64,000 nt of DNA from Alphaproteobacteria bacterium (GCA_031555055.1 JAVBUT010000002.1:210165-274164), one strand, 5' to 3'; positions 1-9,070 are shown, numbered from the stretch's first letter. Translations and numbers: made by a program. Notes: generated from the sequence alone by a model not told the origin.

Positions 1-9
1 GTCCCATCG

Positions 10-468
10 ATGTATGGCGAATATGAAGAGATTGTTGTGGAAAATCCGGTTGCCAAGTATTCCGGAATGTACGGAAAGTATGCCACGGACAGTGATGTTG
101 AAAAAATAAAGCCCACGCCGATTCGCGCGGCTGCACCGAAACCAAAGGCCGGTGATGCCAAACATCCGGTGCTGGCAAAAAAAGTCATGAAAAAGCCGGT
201 AAAACTATCTGAAACCCCCGTAATTCAGCCGGATCAAAAACAATCGGAAATGCCGGCCCCAATAGTTGTAAAACCGACAATAAAGCCAGAGCCGCAACCA
301 GCGGAAGCCGCGCCCCAGGCAAAAGACATTGCGGATTCGTTAAATAATAAACCGTTTGATGTGGACCAGTATTGCACAAAAATCAATCCGCCGGTGCTGG
401 GGCCGTTGCCGCCGGGACTGGTATTAATGCCAGGACGTCCGGACCAGATGTCCTGTGTTAAAAATTAA
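10..468 (+). CDS. C-terminal part of a proline/lysine-rich hypothetical protein (ORF enters from upstream of the window)
   Basis: Open frame from window edge to TAA at 466-468. Low-complexity P/K-rich composition. No recognisable domain. Confidence 0.35.
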   Translation: MYGEYEEIVVENPVAKYSGMYGKYATDSDVEKIKPTPIRAAAPKPKAGDAKHPVLAKKVMKKPVKLSETPVIQPDQKQSEMPAPIVVKPTIKPEPQPAEAAPQAKDIADSLNNKPFDVDQYCTKINPPVLGPLPPGLVLMPGRPDQMSCVKN

Positions 469-560
469 ATATAATCGTATATCTAAAACCGTTTGGCTCT
501 GGTCATGTATGTCCAATACACTCCCATCGCCAAACGGCTTTAGATATACGATTATATTTA
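469..560 (+). repeat. Long hairpin element (about 29-bp arms, 28-nt loop) immediately after the stop codon; loop carries core catgtatgtccaatacactcc shared with the family-C stop-codon-adjacent elements
   Basis: Left arm atataatcgtatatctaaaaccgtttggc at 469-497 pairs with gccaaacggctttagatatacgattatat at 529-557. Loop core matches 19.7 kb, 42.4 kb and 63.8 kb copies. Confidence 0.6.
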
Positions 561-589
561 ATTTTTATAGTCCGATTTTCAAACAATTT

Positions 590-1240
590 TTATTTTGATA
601 AAACCAAGTATTTTGGTGTGGCGGTACCAGCCATATTTTTTTTCTGATACCGGGTTTTTATAATTTCTGATTCCTGATTTCTGATTCCTAGCTTACTGTT
701 TTTAACCTGATCCATGATCCAGTCATAGTATTCATGATGATCTGTGCCAATTATAATGACGCCGTCATCCGTCAGACGCGTCGCCAACAGGTTTAAAAAT
801 TCTGTATTTAACAGTCGGCGCTTTTCATGTCGTGCCTTGGGCCATGGGTCAGGGTGCAGAATCCATATTTTATCGAATCGCATATCGATAAAATCCGGCG
901 ATTCGGATTGAAGGATTTTTCGCACATCGTCCGGCCAGATATACAGGCTTTTATATTCAGGCTTAACCGTATTGTCCGATTCGTTTGTTATCGCAGACAA
1001 TAAAGATGCCACACCGTTCATAAACGGTTCGGCACCGATGATAATCGAATCGGGGTTGGACAATGCCAGGCTGCGCACATGTTCGCCCGCGCCAAAACCG
1101 ATTTCCAAAATATTTTTCCCGGCCTTTTTGATCATTTTTGGCGAAACGGCCGGTAAAATGTTATCGGTCAAAAATTGCTGACGCGCGGAAATCCGTTTTC
1201 CATGCCTCCGCCCGAAAGTTCTTATTTCTTGTTTTTGCAT
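590..1240 (-). CDS. trmB: tRNA (guanine46-N7)-methyltransferase TrmB
   Basis: Motifs GFGAGEHV (SAM binding) and ILHPDPWPK...RRL typical of TrmB. ATG at 1238-1240. The track ORF extends further upstream but the conserved N-terminus starts at MQKQEIRTFGRR. Contains an in-frame GAATCAG-type heptamer triplet at 664-690. Confidence 0.85.
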   Translation of the reverse strand: MQKQEIRTFGRRHGKRISARQQFLTDNILPAVSPKMIKKAGKNILEIGFGAGEHVRSLALSNPDSIIIGAEPFMNGVASLLSAITNESDNTVKPEYKSLYIWPDDVRKILQSESPDFIDMRFDKIWILHPDPWPKARHEKRRLLNTEFLNLLATRLTDDGVIIIGTDHHEYYDWIMDQVKNSKLGIRNQESEIIKTRYQKKNMAGTATPKYLVLSK

Positions 1241-1254
1241 AGAATTAGTATAAA

Positions 1255-1791
1255 ATGCAAAACCATAGAGGACAAGAGATATTGTGGGATACAATAGAAA
1301 AAGAGAAAATGATGTTAGTAAAAATTATTGATGTTTGCTGGGACGGATGGGAACGGATTGATACCGGTGGTTTTAGTGCGAAAACAGATATGACGATTGA
1401 ACAACTGAATCAACAGATTGGTGCAATAAAACTGGACGAAGAGCCGAAAGAATATGAAAATAGAGACATACATTTTATTCAGGTCGTGCATTCCAGCCTG
1501 TGTGTGAACGCTGCGGAATGTAAACTTAAACAATATGGCGATGATTATCAAAAAAAATTAAACGAAAGTATTCATAATGTCGCCGGGATATTTTTTCACT
1601 GTGATAAATGGTGCGAAAAGGGCGATCCAGATGCAGCAAAATATGGTGTATCTGGAATTATGGGTAACAAAAATGCGATATGTAAAAAGAATTTTGGAAC
1701 AGAGAGATGTACATCTTTGGTTGGTCGTAGAATTGCAAATATAATGAAGCCAGGTTGTGTTCCATTGATTGATAATGCAAAGGAAAGATAA
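1255..1791 (+). CDS. hypothetical Cys-rich protein, AT-rich gene (possible start at 1309)
   Basis: ORF ends 4 nt before gltX. About 35% GC versus about 50% in flanking genes. No recognisable domain. Confidence 0.4.
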   Translation: MQNHRGQEILWDTIEKEKMMLVKIIDVCWDGWERIDTGGFSAKTDMTIEQLNQQIGAIKLDEEPKEYENRDIHFIQVVHSSLCVNAAECKLKQYGDDYQKKLNESIHNVAGIFFHCDKWCEKGDPDAAKYGVSGIMGNKNAICKKNFGTERCTSLVGRRIANIMKPGCVPLIDNAKER

Positions 1792-1794
1792 AAA

Positions 1795-3411
1795 ATGCGT
1801 AATGGCTTATCATCAGATTTAATTGCGCGCATATTGGGCGTGGCGCCAAAGTACACGATTGCGGAACTGGAACAAAAATTCCCGCCGCGCAATCTGCCGG
1901 ACGGCGCCATGGTGACCCGTGCGGCGCCCAGCCCAACTGGATTTATGCATTTAGGGAATTTGTACAGCATGCTGATTGATAAAAAGCTGGCCCAGCAATC
2001 GCACGGCGTTTTTATGCTGCGTATCGAAGATACCGATACGGATCGTGAAATCCCCGGTGCGGTCGATACGATTTTGGACATTGTTGAAAAGTTTAGGCTG
2101 GATATAGACGAAGGTGTTTTAAAAACCGGATTGGAAAAAGGCGCGTATGGGCCGTACACGCAATCACAACGCAAGGAAATTTATCATTCTGTGGCCGCCG
2201 AACTGTTGGCGACAGGCCGCGCGTATCCGTGCTTTTTGACATCGGATGAAATGAATGAAATTCGTGAAACACAAACCAAGGCCGGCATGCCGACCGGAAT
2301 TTATGGCGAATTCGCACGTGACCGGGATATGATGCCGGATGAAATTATTGCAAAAATTGATGCGGGCGTGGTGCCGTCGGTTCGTCTGTATTCGACAGGT
2401 GATCCATCCAAAAAGATTTTTTGCAAGGATGTTGCGCGCGGCTCAATCGCATTCCCGGAAAACAACGACGACGTGGTTTTAATAAAATCAAATGACGGAT
2501 TGCCGACATATCATTTTGCGCACTTGGTTGATGATCATTTTATGCGTACGACGAACGTTGTTCGCGGTGGGGAATGGTTGGCCTCGCTGCCGCTGCATAT
2601 TCAGATGTTCAATATGATGGGCTGGGCCGCGCCGGCGTATTCGCATACGGCGACAATTGACAAAATAGATGATGAGACAGGCAAACAGCGCAAATTATCC
2701 AAGCGCAAAGACCCCGAATCCAGCGTCGCGAACTTTATAACCGAAGGCTGGCCGATAGAGGCCGTATTGGAATACCTGTTCAATCTGGTGGCCAGCGGGT
2801 ATGAAGAAGAAAAAGTTAAAAATCCGTTGATGACCATTTGGGATTATGATTTAAAGTTAAAAAAATTATCGACCAGCGGTGCTTTGTTTGACTGGAAAAA
2901 GCTGGAATGGTGGGGAAAAGAATTTATTGCGACACTGCCGGTGTATGATCTGGTCAATCGCGTAATGGAATGGGTGCACGAATATTCGCCCCAGTGGCAT
3001 GAACGAATCGGGGACAAGATTGATTATCTGACCAAAATTTTGGCGATCGAACGCGATAATCCGAAACGTGTCCGCAAGGACTTTGTCACATGGAAGCAGA
3101 CATTGGAAGAAGTTGCATATTTCTTTGATGATATTTTTGAAAAATCAGAAATCGGAAATCAAAAATCAGAAATTAATAAAAATGCGCTGGATGCATTCCT
3201 GCGCGGGTTTGAATGGACTGACGACAAAGACACATGGTGGAATAAAATTGTAAAAATAGCGTCCGACATTGGTACTAAAAACGGCGATGTCGCGATGAGT
3301 TTGCGCGTCGCGTTAACCGGGCGCACAAACACACCCGATCTTTATTCGATCATGCAGGTCATGGGCGGTGAAAGGGTGATAAAACGCATAGGCAAAATTA
3401 TCAATGGTTAA
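1795..3411 (+). CDS. gltX: glutamate--tRNA ligase (class I, GluRS/GlnRS family)
   Basis: HIGH-type motif PSPTGFMHLGN and KMSKS-type motif KLSKRK. RBS AAGGAAAG upstream. In-frame heptamer insert at 3141-3177 encodes EKSEIGNQKSEI. Confidence 0.85.
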   Translation: MRNGLSSDLIARILGVAPKYTIAELEQKFPPRNLPDGAMVTRAAPSPTGFMHLGNLYSMLIDKKLAQQSHGVFMLRIEDTDTDREIPGAVDTILDIVEKFRLDIDEGVLKTGLEKGAYGPYTQSQRKEIYHSVAAELLATGRAYPCFLTSDEMNEIRETQTKAGMPTGIYGEFARDRDMMPDEIIAKIDAGVVPSVRLYSTGDPSKKIFCKDVARGSIAFPENNDDVVLIKSNDGLPTYHFAHLVDDHFMRTTNVVRGGEWLASLPLHIQMFNMMGWAAPAYSHTATIDKIDDETGKQRKLSKRKDPESSVANFITEGWPIEAVLEYLFNLVASGYEEEKVKNPLMTIWDYDLKLKKLSTSGALFDWKKLEWWGKEFIATLPVYDLVNRVMEWVHEYSPQWHERIGDKIDYLTKILAIERDNPKRVRKDFVTWKQTLEEVAYFFDDIFEKSEIGNQKSEINKNALDAFLRGFEWTDDKDTWWNKIVKIASDIGTKNGDVAMSLRVALTGRTNTPDLYSIMQVMGGERVIKRIGKIING

Positions 3412-3452
3412 ATTTATACATCATGCCGGTGCAAACAAAAAGGGAAGGAGAA

Positions 3453-4205
3453 ATGGTTAAAAATAAAAAAGTCGCAAGACAAAAATTAAAAGAAGTGAAA
3501 AAAGACGATCGTGCTTGGGGCCTGTTGAAGGTTCTGCGCGCGACCGGGTTGTTCCGCTGGGAACGCGAATCGACCAAATCGGAATGGGTATTGGATGTTC
3601 TGACGCATGGGATCGGAATCGGTCTGGCGATCGCGGGTCTGACACTGTTGGTGGTGTTCGCGGTTCTAAAAGGCGATCCTTGGGCGGTGACAAGCTGTGC
3701 GATTTTTGGTCTTACCATGTTCACATTATATTTCGGATCGACGATGTGCCATGTGTCGATTGGGCAAAAATCTGAATGCTTTTTCGAAGTCTGGGATTCG
3801 GTCGCGATATATGCGCTGATCGCGGGAACATACACGCCGTTCCTGTTGGTTAATCTGCGCGGGCCGCTGGGCTGGACAGTGTTCGGCATACTGTGGGCGA
3901 TCGTGATATTCGGCGCCGTTATGAAAATAAAGTCACCACGCCGCCAGCCGAAATGGATGGTCGTGCTGTATCTGGTCATGGGCTGGACAATGGTGTTTAT
4001 TCTGCCCGCGATGATCAAATATATCCCTGTGCGCGGCATGTGGTGGATATTGGCGGGTGGCCTGTCGTATTCATTGGGTGTTATATTCTATATGTGGCGC
4101 AAGATGAAGTATTCGCACGCGATCTGGCATCTGTTTGTGATAGGTGGATCGGTATGCTTCTTTTTCGCGGTCCTGTTTGGATCAATAATTGATTATGTCG
4201 GATAA
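3453..4205 (+). CDS. hemolysin III family (HlyIII/PAQR) membrane protein
   Basis: Seven predicted TM segments. Conserved motifs EW..DVLTHGIG, CHVS, AGTYTPF and HAIWHLFV. GGAGG RBS at 3445-3449, ATG at 3453. Confidence 0.8.
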   Translation: MVKNKKVARQKLKEVKKDDRAWGLLKVLRATGLFRWERESTKSEWVLDVLTHGIGIGLAIAGLTLLVVFAVLKGDPWAVTSCAIFGLTMFTLYFGSTMCHVSIGQKSECFFEVWDSVAIYALIAGTYTPFLLVNLRGPLGWTVFGILWAIVIFGAVMKIKSPRRQPKWMVVLYLVMGWTMVFILPAMIKYIPVRGMWWILAGGLSYSLGVIFYMWRKMKYSHAIWHLFVIGGSVCFFFAVLFGSIIDYVG

Positions 4206-4210
4206 AAAAT

Positions 4211-4241
4211 AAAACCGCTGAAACAGCGGTTTTATTTTTTT
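4211..4241. terminator. bidirectional rho-independent terminator between convergent genes
   Basis: aaaaccgctgaaacagcggtttt hairpin flanked by A and T runs. Confidence 0.7.
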
Positions 4242-4246
4242 ATGTT

Positions 4247-4920
4247 TTAACGTCCTGCTTGCCCAACACGTGCGACACCAGAACCAAATTTAAAAACGTG
4301 CTTTTCCATTTGTTCTTTGAATATGGATATAACACATTGTTTGTGAATGTCTGCGCACGCTTCGGTCAAGTTTCCAATGGTTGAAAAGAAGTCGCCTTTG
4401 GTTCTAATTGGTTTTCCATGCCATTCATCGTCCAATGCGATAATTCGATTTTGATGTGTATAACAGCCTTGGTGCATGGCGTCATCGTTTTGTTCTGTCG
4501 GTACAATAATATATGGTTTTTCGTGTCTGTTTACATAGGTGGCGATTTTTGATCCCGCACCGTTCAGATATAATGGTCCCATTGGAAAGCACGGATAGTA
4601 CAGCGAATGTATCCCAAAATTATCGAACACAATGTTAAGCGTGGATTTTTCGTTAATCTTGCACAATGGCCCCAAATATGTGTCTTTCTTGTCAACAAGG
4701 ACATCAAACTTGATGGCTTGCGCGGTGTCTATTCTGTACATGAATATGGATTTGTCGGATTTTATTTTATCGAACAGAGCGTTCGCGCTCTTGAATGTTT
4801 GGTATTCGGTAAATTCGGCATCTTTTTTTTCATCGTACTTGTGAAAGACGACAGGGATATTGTGCAAATTTATCTTTGCTTCGATACTTTTGTGCCCGAT
4901 TTCTGTTAAGTGTATTTTCA
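4247..4920 (-). CDS. hypothetical protein, AT-rich orphan gene (start at MKIHLTEIG)
   Basis: About 224-aa ORF at about 36% GC. ATG at 4918-4920. No recognisable domain. Confidence 0.45.
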
Positions 4921-5216
4921 TGATTATTCTCTGTTTTTGGTTTTGGTAATATAATACATTAGTTGTATTTGTCAATAATATTATATACAGCACTTGATTT
5001 TTAAATTCATCACAGGTATAATTCGTGTGTTATGAAAAAATTGTTTGTTATCTTTACAACAACTACAACCCCTTTGGGGTGCTAGAATTCTATTGCGGTT
5101 TTTCGCATAAACTTTATAATTAATCAAAATAAAAATGAAAAAGTGTAAGTGAAAGTGCAGGTGAAGGCATCCGCCATACCAACGCGAATCACAGACACGA
5201 ACACGAAGGTTTTAAA

Positions 5217-6965
5217 ATGTCAGATAAAGATAAAAAATATCCAATCGAACTGGTGCGTCACAGTCTGGCGCACGTATTGGCGGCGGCGGTTCAGAAACTG
5301 TGGCCGGATGTAAAATTCGCGGGCGGGCCCGATATTGAAAACGGATTCTATTACGATTTTGATACCGATCATCGTTTTTCGGAAAGTGACTTTCCGGCAA
5401 TCGAAAAAGAAATGAAGGCGTTGATCAAATCGGATGGAATGTTCGTTCGCCGTGAAGTCTCGTTACAGGAAGCAAAAGAAATATTTGCGGCCCAACCGTT
5501 TAAAATGGAATGGCTGAACGAATATGACGCGGCAGGTGAAAAATTGTCGATCTATGAATTCCGTGGATTCGTGGACTTGTGCCGTGGGCCGCACGTAGAA
5601 TCATCCAAAGATTTGCCACGCGACGGATTTAAAATCCGCAGCGTTGCCGGTGCATACTGGAAAGGTGATTCCAAAAACAAAATGTTACAGCGTATCTATG
5701 TCGATGCATTTGCGTCCGCCGATGAACTGGACGCGCATCTGAAAATGATGGAAGAGGCCGCCAAGCGCGATCATCGCAAGATTGGCCGTGATATGGACTT
5801 GTTCCATTTCGAACCGGAATACGCGCCGGGCGCCGTGTTCTGGCACGATAAAGGTTATAAGATATATCGCCGTCTGATCGAATATGTGCGTATGCGCCAG
5901 GAAAAAGCCGGCTATTTGGAAATTTCAACCCCGGGGCTGATGGACCGTTCTTTGTGGGAAACGTCAGGCCACTGGGCGAAATATGGCGAACATAATTATT
6001 CCGGCAAGACCGAGGACGGTAAGCAGTTCTGTATAAAGCCGATGTCTTGTCCGGGCGGTATGCTGGTGTTTGGGCATGGTCTGACTTCTTATAAAGACCT
6101 GCCGATGTATGTCGCCGAATTCGGAAAAGTTCATCGGTACGAAGCCGCCGGTGGCTTGCACGGTATCATGCGTGTGCGCGAATTCACCCAAGATGATGCG
6201 CATATATTCTGTACGGAAAACCAGCTGGAAGATGAAGTTGTAAAGATTCTGCGCTTTATCAAAGATATTTATGGCAAATTCGGGTTCAAAAACGTCACCA
6301 TGAAACTGGCGACGCGCAAAGAATCGGAATTCCGTATCGGATCGGATGAAATATGGGATCGCGCCGAAGCCGCGCTTAGAAACGCGCTGGATAAAAACGG
6401 TATTGAATACGAAATCGCCGTTGGTGACGCCGCTTTTTATGGGCCCAAGATTGACAACTATCTGCGCGATTCGATCGGCCGCGTATGGCAGTGCGGAACA
6501 GTCCAGCTGGATATGAATCTGCCGGAACGCTTTGACTTGTCCTATATCGGCGAAGATGGTGAAAAGCACCGTCCGATTATGTTGCATCGTGCAATGCTGG
6601 GGTCGATTGAACGTTTTATGGGGATATTGCTGGAAGAGACCGGTGGAAACCTGCCGCTGTGGCTGTCGCCGGAACCGGTGGTCGTAACCCCGATTTCCGA
6701 AAAGTACAAAGACTATGCGGTCGAAGTGTACGACATGCTGCGTCATGCGGGCGTTTATGCGGGCCGCGATTTGCGCGACGAAAAAGTCAATTACAAGATT
6801 CGCGAACTGTCGCTGGCCAAGACGCCGATCATCGCAGTCGTAGGCGAGAAAGAGCAGGCGGATAAAACCGTAACTTTGCGCTGGCTGGGGTCTGATCAGC
6901 AAGACACAATGTCGCTGGATAAATTCATCGACATGATGAAGTCCGCAGTCCAAATGCCAGAATAA
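5217..6965 (+). CDS. thrS: threonine--tRNA ligase, apparently lacking the N-terminal TGS domain
   Basis: Begins at the editing-domain motif RHSLAHVLAAAVQKLWP and GFYYDFD. Class II catalytic and anticodon-binding regions follow. 582 aa versus about 640 in canonical ThrRS. Confidence 0.9.
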   Translation: MSDKDKKYPIELVRHSLAHVLAAAVQKLWPDVKFAGGPDIENGFYYDFDTDHRFSESDFPAIEKEMKALIKSDGMFVRREVSLQEAKEIFAAQPFKMEWLNEYDAAGEKLSIYEFRGFVDLCRGPHVESSKDLPRDGFKIRSVAGAYWKGDSKNKMLQRIYVDAFASADELDAHLKMMEEAAKRDHRKIGRDMDLFHFEPEYAPGAVFWHDKGYKIYRRLIEYVRMRQEKAGYLEISTPGLMDRSLWETSGHWAKYGEHNYSGKTEDGKQFCIKPMSCPGGMLVFGHGLTSYKDLPMYVAEFGKVHRYEAAGGLHGIMRVREFTQDDAHIFCTENQLEDEVVKILRFIKDIYGKFGFKNVTMKLATRKESEFRIGSDEIWDRAEAALRNALDKNGIEYEIAVGDAAFYGPKIDNYLRDSIGRVWQCGTVQLDMNLPERFDLSYIGEDGEKHRPIMLHRAMLGSIERFMGILLEETGGNLPLWLSPEPVVVTPISEKYKDYAVEVYDMLRHAGVYAGRDLRDEKVNYKIRELSLAKTPIIAVVGEKEQADKTVTLRWLGSDQQDTMSLDKFIDMMKSAVQMPE

Positions 6966-7017
6966 ATTGATTTCTGTGACACATAAATCAATTTCTTGAT
7001 CAGATAAAGAAAAGGAA

Positions 7018-7161
7018 ATGAAAATGAATAAATTAACTTTATTGTTCGCATTGTTTGCGGTATTGACTGTTGCGGGTTGCTGTAACTGTGAAAAAGAGCC
7101 GATTGTGGAACAAAATCACAAGCTGATCGTTCCGCCGAACTTTGGCAACCAACCAAAGTAA
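7018..7161 (+). CDS. small putative lipoprotein (47 aa, lipobox LTVAGC)
   Basis: Sequence MKMNKLTLLFALFAVLTVAGCCNCEK... preceded by GAAAGGAAATG. Below the ORF-track size cutoff. Confidence 0.4.
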   Translation: MKMNKLTLLFALFAVLTVAGCCNCEKEPIVEQNHKLIVPPNFGNQPK

Positions 7162-7164
7162 ATA

Positions 7165-7274
7165 CTAGCGTATAGCAAATAGCGAATAGTGTGTATCGCT
7201 TAGCTGTTTTTTTGATTGAATCTATGTGCTAATCACTATTCACTATACACTATATGCTATTTGCTATGTGCTAG
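7165..7274. repeat. family-A palindromic element (tagcNNatagc-type arms); imperfect inverted repeat
   Basis: ctagcgtatagcaaatagcgaatagtgtgtat versus the reverse complement of ctaatcactattcactatacactatatgctatttgctatgtgctag. Related copies at 13.47 kb and 45.85 kb. Confidence 0.6.
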
Positions 7275-7316
7275 TTTTTATGTTATAATTAATCCATGAA
7301 GTAATGGAGAGATGTT

Positions 7317-8027
7317 ATGAACAATAATGACGAAAGCTTGGACTTGTTGGACTTGGAAGATGACGCTGGTTTGGACAATCTGCCGGAATCCAGCCCATTT
7401 ACACAACCGCGCCCGAAAAAGCCTTGGCTGTTGCTGGGGGTTGGTTTGCTGGTCATCGCCCTGGCGACGTATATAATAATCCGTGTTGTCGGGTCTGATT
7501 CGGAATCATCGGTTGAAATCGATCTGGATGCGCCGGCTGTTGTAACAATTGACGGCGAAGCGGGAACAGTAACCGACACTATCGTCGTTCCGCCGCAACC
7601 GGTTCAGCCCCAGCCCGTGGTATCCCAGCCCCAGCCGGCACCTGTGCAGGCAACGCCTGGTGTTCCTGTGCGCGAAGTAAAAGACCGTCCGGCGACAACA
7701 TTTGACCCGGCAAAGCCTGTGGCGACCAAACCGGTCCAGACAGTAAAACCGAAACCGACTGTCAAACCAAAGGCAAGCGCGGCCGGATCATGGTATGTTC
7801 AATTCGGATCGTACAGCACGCGTGCATTGGCTGAATCCGCCCAGAAAAAGATACATGCTGGACACAGTGGCCTGTTCGCGGGCAAACAATTTGTAATTCT
7901 GGCCGCGGTTCTGCCGAATGGGACGACCACGTACAGACTGCGCATTGCGTTTGCGACATCGAATGATGCAAATGGATTCTGCCGCAATGCCAAATCCGAC
8001 GGATTGGATTGTTATGTAGCAAGATAA
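7317..8027 (+). CDS. SPOR-domain cell-division/peptidoglycan-binding protein (DedD/FtsN-like)
   Basis: N-terminal TM segment, Pro-rich linker and C-terminal SPOR signature WYVQFGSYSTRALAE...YRLRI. Confidence 0.7.
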   Translation: MNNNDESLDLLDLEDDAGLDNLPESSPFTQPRPKKPWLLLGVGLLVIALATYIIIRVVGSDSESSVEIDLDAPAVVTIDGEAGTVTDTIVVPPQPVQPQPVVSQPQPAPVQATPGVPVREVKDRPATTFDPAKPVATKPVQTVKPKPTVKPKASAAGSWYVQFGSYSTRALAESAQKKIHAGHSGLFAGKQFVILAAVLPNGTTTYRLRIAFATSNDANGFCRNAKSDGLDCYVAR

Positions 8028-8033
8028 AAAAAC

Positions 8034-8104
8034 GTGATTCGTGACTCGTGAATCGTAACTCGTCACGATAACCGCGAATCACGAATTACAAATCACGAGT
8101 TACA
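8034..8104. repeat. heptamer array: 4-5 copies of GTGAnTC followed by 4 inverted copies GAnTCAC, just upstream of tatA; four GANTC sites
   Basis: gtgattc gtgactc gtgaatc gtaactc gtcacga ... gaatcac gaattac aaatcac gagttac. 7-bp periodicity with an inverted-repeat centre. Confidence 0.6.
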
Positions 8105-8126
8105 AAGCGACCATAGGGAGCGTATT

Positions 8127-8432
8127 ATGAAAGCTGGTTTTTGGGAAATATTATTAATAGTTATCTTGGTTCTGATTCTGTTCGGACATTCGAAAATTCC
8201 GGACCTGATGAAAAATCTGGCCAATGGAATCAATATCTTTAAAAAAGAATTGAAAGGCGAAGATAAAAAAGAAGAAAAGGCCGAGAAAAAGCCAGAGGCA
8301 GAAAGGCCAATGATCGCAAAATCGACCGCTAAGACTGTTGCGGCAAAACCAACGTCGGCTAAAAAAGTCATGGTTAAAAAAGCGCCAACCAAAAAAGCTG
8401 TTGCAAAAAAGGCCACAGCAAAGAAAAAATAA
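8127..8432 (+). CDS. tatA: Sec-independent translocase protein TatA/E family with Lys/Ala-rich C-terminal tail
   Basis: N-terminus FWEILLIVILVLILFG...FKKEL matches the TatA TM plus amphipathic-helix pattern. RBS GGGAG present. Confidence 0.7.
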   Translation: MKAGFWEILLIVILVLILFGHSKIPDLMKNLANGINIFKKELKGEDKKEEKAEKKPEAERPMIAKSTAKTVAAKPTSAKKVMVKKAPTKKAVAKKATAKKK

Positions 8433-8451
8433 ATTGTGCAAAAAACAAAAA

Positions 8452-8478
8452 AATCCCGTATTCGCGGGATTTTTTATT
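8452..8478 (+). terminator. rho-independent terminator of tatA
   Basis: atcccgtattcgcgggat followed by a T run. Confidence 0.6.
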
Positions 8479-8526
8479 TATGCACTGTTTTGTCATTTAC
8501 TATCTTGTAATAGCGAATGTATATAG

Positions 8527-8612
8527 GGGCGGATCATATCCGCCCCTACGGTTTCGGTTTACGGTTCATGGCCAATGAAAAACAGGGCGCAAATATGCGC
8601 CCCTACTATAAT
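8527..8612. repeat. two taggggcg...cgcccctac palindromic hairpins (REP-like)
   Basis: Sequences taggggcggatcatatccgcccctac and cagggcgcaaatatgcgcccctac. Same motif recurs at 42.59, 53.09, 54.30 and 62.43 kb. Confidence 0.6.
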
Positions 8613-8637
8613 AAAAAAGCCGGCGATTGCCGGTTTT

Positions 8638-9069
8638 TTATTTACGCTTTTCCAATTCTTCCTGTTCTTCGACGGTCATATTGGCCAATGGTCGCGCCAG
8701 CATGCGGGCGATACCGATTTCTTCGCCGGAAATAACGCTGTAACCATATGTGCCTTTGTCCAGCTGGTCCAGTGCGAAATTAATCTTTTTCAACAAATTG
8801 TTCTGGCGTTCGGACAGTTTCAAGTTCATCTGGATTTCTGTTTCGGCCGTGGAATTATCCAAGTCATCACCAACGCCGGCAGTATCATTCTTTTCGGCCA
8901 TTTTAACCGCGTTTAAAACCGATTCTGAATCCTGGATCAGTTCTTCCTTTTGCACAGTCAACAGCTGGTAAAAATATGCTTTTTGTTCCAAAGACATATA
9001 TTTTTCGGATTTTTTTGGAACGTATTTCGGGTCCAATTCCAGATTTTTATAATTTTTGTTGCCAGTCAT
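8638..9069 (-). CDS. dksA: DksA/TraR-family RNA polymerase-binding factor, Cys-less (no C4 zinc finger)
   Basis: Matches the coiled-coil DksA pattern (YVPKK..EKYMSLEQKAYF). The C-terminal C4 positions read Y, S, M and E. Confidence 0.7.
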   Translation of the reverse strand: MTGNKNYKNLELDPKYVPKKSEKYMSLEQKAYFYQLLTVQKEELIQDSESVLNAVKMAEKNDTAGVGDDLDNSTAETEIQMNLKLSERQNNLLKKINFALDQLDKGTYGYSVISGEEIGIARMLARPLANMTVEEQEELEKRK

Positions 9070-9070
9070 T

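Noticed and set aside
3401-4039. 212-aa minus-strand ORF
   Set aside because: Antisense to the hemolysin-III family gene and overlapping the gltX 3-prime end.
4975-4993. Track start of the 4247-4993 ORF (GTG)
   Set aside because: My read of the last 15-20 nt disagrees with the track by one base. The conserved start is the ATG at 4918-4920 (MKIHLTEIG), so the upstream extension was not used.
5964-6953. 329-aa ORF on the minus strand
   Set aside because: Entirely antisense to thrS, which has strong motif support. Arg/His-rich translation typical of a shadow frame.
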